NCBI GenBank assembly: GCA_965206655.1
Contig: CBDBKC010000032.1
Location: 276,431 to 340,430 of the forward strand
Direction of reading: 5' to 3'
From: Bryobacterales bacterium
GTDB lineage: Bacteria > Acidobacteriota > Terriglobia > Bryobacterales > UBA6623
DNA: 64,000 nucleotides
A program made the translations under genes and the position numbers. Position 1 is the stretch's first letter. Every line of letters begins with the position of its first letter. Shown here piece by piece: positions 60,413-64,000 of the stretch. The notes beneath the pieces are model-generated. The model worked only from the letters and a program-made list of their open reading frames with translations. It ran no database searches and had not been told where the DNA came from.

Positions 60413-61216
60413 ATGCGTGCAGCCGAACTGACGATTCTTGACCAAATCGTAGTACGCAAGCGCGCCGAACTACTGATGGAGCAGGCGAACGCGCCGCTCG
60501 AGGAATTGGAGGATCTGCCGCAGCCCGCGCGGCGCTCGTTTCGAGAAGCACTCGAAATGGCACGCCCGGCCATCATCGCGGAGATCAAGAAGGCCTCTCC
60601 GTCGGCGGGCGTCATTGCCGAGGCATTCGATCCGGCGGCCATTGCCATGGGCTATGAGGCAAACGGCGCGGCGGCCCTTTCCGTCTTGACCGACCAGCAG
60701 TTCTTTCAAGGCTCGCTCGATGACCTGGATGCGGCCCGGAACTCCACCCAATTGCCCGTCTTGCGCAAGGATTTCACGCTGGACCGCTATCACATCATGC
60801 AGGCGTCGGCGGCGGGCGCGGACGCGATCCTGTTGATCGTGGCGGCTCTGACGGATTACGAGGTCGTCGACCTGTTGCGGCAAGCGCGCGAGCTCGAACT
60901 GGATCCTCTCGTTGAGGTTCACGACGAGGCCGAACTCGATCGGGCGTTGGCGGCCGGCGCGGACCTGATCGGTGTGAACAACCGCAACCTCAAGACGCTG
61001 GAGGTTTCTCTCGAAACCTCGTTCACATTGGCCCGCCAGATCCCCGACGACGTGCTATCGATCAGCGAAAGCGGCATCCGGACAGCGGAAGACATCCGGC
61101 GGCTGATGGGGGCAGGTTACGGTGGGTTTCTGATCGGCGAAAGTCTAATGAAGCACAACAAGCCGGGCTTGGCCTTGGCGGGTCTGATTGAGGGAGTGCG
61201 ACACGGTGACTCCTGA
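60413..61216 (+). CDS. trpC: Indole-3-glycerol phosphate synthase
   Basis: IAEIKKASPS, LSVLTD, LRKDF, GVNNRNL, SESGI. Confidence 0.96.
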   Translation: MRAAELTILDQIVVRKRAELLMEQANAPLEELEDLPQPARRSFREALEMARPAIIAEIKKASPSAGVIAEAFDPAAIAMGYEANGAAALSVLTDQQFFQGSLDDLDAARNSTQLPVLRKDFTLDRYHIMQASAAGADAILLIVAALTDYEVVDLLRQARELELDPLVEVHDEAELDRALAAGADLIGVNNRNLKTLEVSLETSFTLARQIPDDVLSISESGIRTAEDIRRLMGAGYGGFLIGESLMKHNKPGLALAGLIEGVRHGDS

Positions 61217-61832
61217 GATCATCAAGGTTTGCGGCCTGACAAACATAGGCGACGCACGGTTCGCCGCGGACGAAGGCGCAACGGCGCTGGGATTCATCTT
61301 CTACGAAGGCAGTCCCCGGTGCGTTGCGCCGCAAACCGCAGCCATGATTACGGCAACGCTTCCCCACGAAGTGTTGCGCGTGGGTGTGTTCGTCGATGAA
61401 GAGCCTGCGAAGATACGTATGGTGGCTTCGCTGGCGGGTTTGAACATCGTCCAGCTTCACGGCAATGAATCGCCGGGTGTTTGCGAACAGTTCGCGGACT
61501 TGAAGGTCTGGAAAGTATTTCGTGTCGGCGAGGAGTTCAGCGTCGAGCGGCTCTCGAAGTACAAGTGCGATGCCTATTTTCTCGATACGGCGTCTGACAG
61601 CGTCTACGGCGGGAGCGGGAGGACGTTTCCCTGGCCGCTGGCCGTCGAAGCCAAGCGGTTCGGACCTGTGATTATGGCGGGTGGTCTCGATGCGGAAAAT
61701 GTCGGCGAGGCGATTAGGCACGTGGCCCCTTACGGCGTGGATGCGAGTTCGAAGCTCGAACGCAAACCAGGGCTGAAGGACCACGACAAAGTGAAGGCGT
61801 ATCTGGAAGCGGCTCGATCCGAGGAGGAGTAG
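61206..61832 (+). CDS. trpF: Phosphoribosylanthranilate isomerase
   Basis: IKVCGLT, VQLHGNE, AGGL, GVDASS. Confidence 0.95.
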   Translation: MTPEIIKVCGLTNIGDARFAADEGATALGFIFYEGSPRCVAPQTAAMITATLPHEVLRVGVFVDEEPAKIRMVASLAGLNIVQLHGNESPGVCEQFADLKVWKVFRVGEEFSVERLSKYKCDAYFLDTASDSVYGGSGRTFPWPLAVEAKRFGPVIMAGGLDAENVGEAIRHVAPYGVDASSKLERKPGLKDHDKVKAYLEAARSEEE

Positions 61833-61834
61833 AT

Positions 61835-63034
61835 ATGGCTACGACAACAGCGGCGCTGCCCGATGCCCTGGGCCATTTCGGCCCTTACGGCGGACGCTAC
61901 GTGCCCGAAATTCTGGTCGCCCCTTTAGACCAGTTGGAAGCGGCCTACAACGAGGCGCAAGCCGATCCGGCATTCCAGGCGGAGTTGAGCGATCTTTCAC
62001 GGCGTTTCGCCGGACGCCCGACGCCGCTCTATCACGCCAAGCGCCTGAGCGCACACCTTGACGGCGCGGATATTTACCTGAAGCGCGAAGACCTGCTCCA
62101 CACCGGCGCGCACAAGATCAATAACTGCCTCGGTCAGGCGCTGCTGGTGAGCCGCATGGGGAAGAAGCGAATCATCGCCGAAACCGGAGCGGGCCAGCAC
62201 GGCGTTGCCACCGCGGCGGCCTGTGCGCTTTTCGGGTTCGAGTGCATCGTCTACATGGGCGAAGAGGACATGCGCCGACAGAGTCCGAACGTCTTCCGCA
62301 TGCGCCTGATGGGTGCGAAAGTGGTCGGCGTGGACGCCGGCAGCCGCACCTTAAAGGATGCCATCAGCGAAGCGATGCGCGATTGGGTGGCCAACTTCGA
62401 GACAACGCACTACCTGCTGGGTTCGGCCTTGGGGCCGCATCCCTATCCGAAGATGGTGCGCGATTTTCACTCCGTGATCGGTCGGGAAGCGCGCGAGCAG
62501 TTCCAGGAGTTGGCCGGCGGGCTGCCCGATGTACTGCTCGCCTGCGTCGGCGGCGGCAGCAACTCGATCGGACTCTTCCATCGCTTTCTCGACGATGACG
62601 TCAAGATGGTGGGTGTCGAGGCGGGCGGGCGCGGACAAGGTCTCGGCGACCACGCGGCACGATTCTCCGGCGGCAGCCCCGGCGTACTACACGGAACGTA
62701 CAGCTATCTATTGCAGGACGACGATGGACAAATCGCCCTCACCCATTCGGTTTCGGCGGGACTCGACTATGCCACGGTCGGCCCGGAACATTCCTGGCTG
62801 CACGATCAGGGACGCGCTGAGTACGTCTCCTGCTCGGACGAAGATGCGATCGAGGCGGTCAAGTTGCTCTCGCAGATGGAGGGCATCATCCCGGCCCTCG
62901 AATCCGCGCACGCGGTGGCGGAAGCGGTGCGGCGAGCGCCTGCGGCCAAGGGCCAAAAGTTCCTAGTCAACCTGTCCGGACGCGGCGACAAGGATATCGG
63001 AATCTTTCGGGAAAACATGCCGGATTTGGGTTGA
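61835..63034 (+). CDS. trpB: Tryptophan synthase beta subunit
   Basis: [37 protein letters not shown]. Confidence 0.98.
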   Translation: MATTTAALPDALGHFGPYGGRYVPEILVAPLDQLEAAYNEAQADPAFQAELSDLSRRFAGRPTPLYHAKRLSAHLDGADIYLKREDLLHTGAHKINNCLGQALLVSRMGKKRIIAETGAGQHGVATAAACALFGFECIVYMGEEDMRRQSPNVFRMRLMGAKVVGVDAGSRTLKDAISEAMRDWVANFETTHYLLGSALGPHPYPKMVRDFHSVIGREAREQFQELAGGLPDVLLACVGGGSNSIGLFHRFLDDDVKMVGVEAGGRGQGLGDHAARFSGGSPGVLHGTYSYLLQDDDGQIALTHSVSAGLDYATVGPEHSWLHDQGRAEYVSCSDEDAIEAVKLLSQMEGIIPALESAHAVAEAVRRAPAAKGQKFLVNLSGRGDKDIGIFRENMPDLG

Positions 63035-63086
63035 GAGAGCGGCACGGGCACGGCAAGCCGGCCGCATCACACCCCTAGGCTTATTC

Positions 63087-63890
63087 ATGAACCGAATTGA
63101 TTCCATGTTCGCGCGCCTGAAGCGGGACAAGACGCGCGGGCTGATCGTTTACATCACGGCCGGAGATCCCGCGCCGGAGCGGACTGTTGAGTTGATCCTC
63201 GCCCTCGAGGCCGGCGGCACGGACTTGATTGAGCTGGGTGTCCCGTTCTCGGACCCGATTGCGGATGGGCCGGTGATTCAGAAAGCGGGTGAACGGGCGC
63301 TGCGCGCGGGCACGACTGTCGCCAAGATTCTCGGCATGATTCGCGAGCTTCGGCGGCAGTCCGAAATCCCGCTCATCGTCTTCAGCTACCTGAACCCGAT
63401 TTTGCGCTACGGCTTCGAGCGGTTTGCAATAGACGCGGCCGAAGCTGGTGCTGACGGTGCCCTGCTGACCGATCTCAACGTCGAAGAAGCCGGACCCTAT
63501 ATCGAGGAGATGCGCAAACATAGTCTCCATCCGGTCTTCCTTGTTTCTCAGACGACGCCGGAGGATCGCTTGCGGGAATTGTCGCAAGCAAGCGCGGGTT
63601 TCGTCTATCTTGTTTCGAGGGCAGGCGTCACCGGTGAGCGGGCCAGCGTTTCCGACCAGGCGGTTCGATTGATTGAGAAGACGCGCCGCGTTACGGATCT
63701 GCCGTTGGCGGTGGGGTTCGGACTGTCGAAGCCCGAGCACATGCGCGCGCTGGCGCCACGTGCCGATGCGGCGGTCGTAGGAAGCGCATTCATGCGTGTC
63801 GTCGAAGAAAACCTGCAGGCGTCCGACTTGGCGGACAAGATGAGAGACTTGGCCGCCGCCCTGAAGGCGGGCCTAACGGTTTCGGAATAA
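63087..63890 (+). CDS. trpA: Tryptophan synthase alpha subunit
   Basis: ELGVPFSDPIADGPVIQ, SRAGVTG, VGFG, VVGSA. Confidence 0.97.
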   Translation: MNRIDSMFARLKRDKTRGLIVYITAGDPAPERTVELILALEAGGTDLIELGVPFSDPIADGPVIQKAGERALRAGTTVAKILGMIRELRRQSEIPLIVFSYLNPILRYGFERFAIDAAEAGADGALLTDLNVEEAGPYIEEMRKHSLHPVFLVSQTTPEDRLRELSQASAGFVYLVSRAGVTGERASVSDQAVRLIEKTRRVTDLPLAVGFGLSKPEHMRALAPRADAAVVGSAFMRVVEENLQASDLADKMRDLAAALKAGLTVSE

Positions 63891-63905
63891 GCTAGGATTT
63901 AGCTG

Positions 63906-64000
63906 ATGGATGTCTCCGACTGGCGGGCGCGAATCGATGAGATCGATCGGCGTCTGCTCGAATTGCTGAACGAGCGCGTCAGTTGTGTTCTGGAACTATC
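63906..64000 (+). CDS. Chorismate mutase (AroQ type), 5' part only
   Basis: MDVSDWRARIDEIDRRLLELLNER. Confidence 0.8.
   Translation, partial: MDVSDWRARIDEIDRRLLELLNERVSCVLEL

Overview
GC-rich bacterial chromosomal window; gene content and repeat types suggest Acidobacteria (inference). The left part (about 3-30 kb) is a mobile-element hotspot: three IS1380 copies, three IS630 copies (one truncated), an IS5/IS903-group element, a scrambled ISNCY-like remnant, two inverted tnpA-only IS200/IS605 elements and a complete class IIC group II intron. These sit among secreted hydrolases, a HigBA module and several broken genes. The right part (30-64 kb) is mostly housekeeping and stress genes: an ArsR/SRPBCC/DinB/VOC cluster, two CtpA paralogs, glnB-glnD, leuCD and trpCFBA plus chorismate mutase. 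It also has a RAYT with flanking hairpins and three tandem arrays that each begin at a gene's 3' end. The most notable observations are: (1) a colinear IS1380/ISNCY mosaic at 16510-16883, either template switching or an assembly-consensus artefact; (2) a IIC intron inserted inside the GTAG foot of a REP-like hairpin; (3) an 8x115-bp array that includes the end of a PD-(D/E)xK nuclease-like gene and shares a core motif with a 110/111-bp array 16 kb away; (4) a secreted protein resembling the plant XLG/EDR4 N-terminal domain; (5) a cytochrome P460-like/FGE fusion; (6) a probably inactive HtrA-like PDZ protein translationally coupled to a cation:proton antiporter. Several small frameshifts may be sequencing errors. 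All family calls come from motif recognition by eye; no searches were run.
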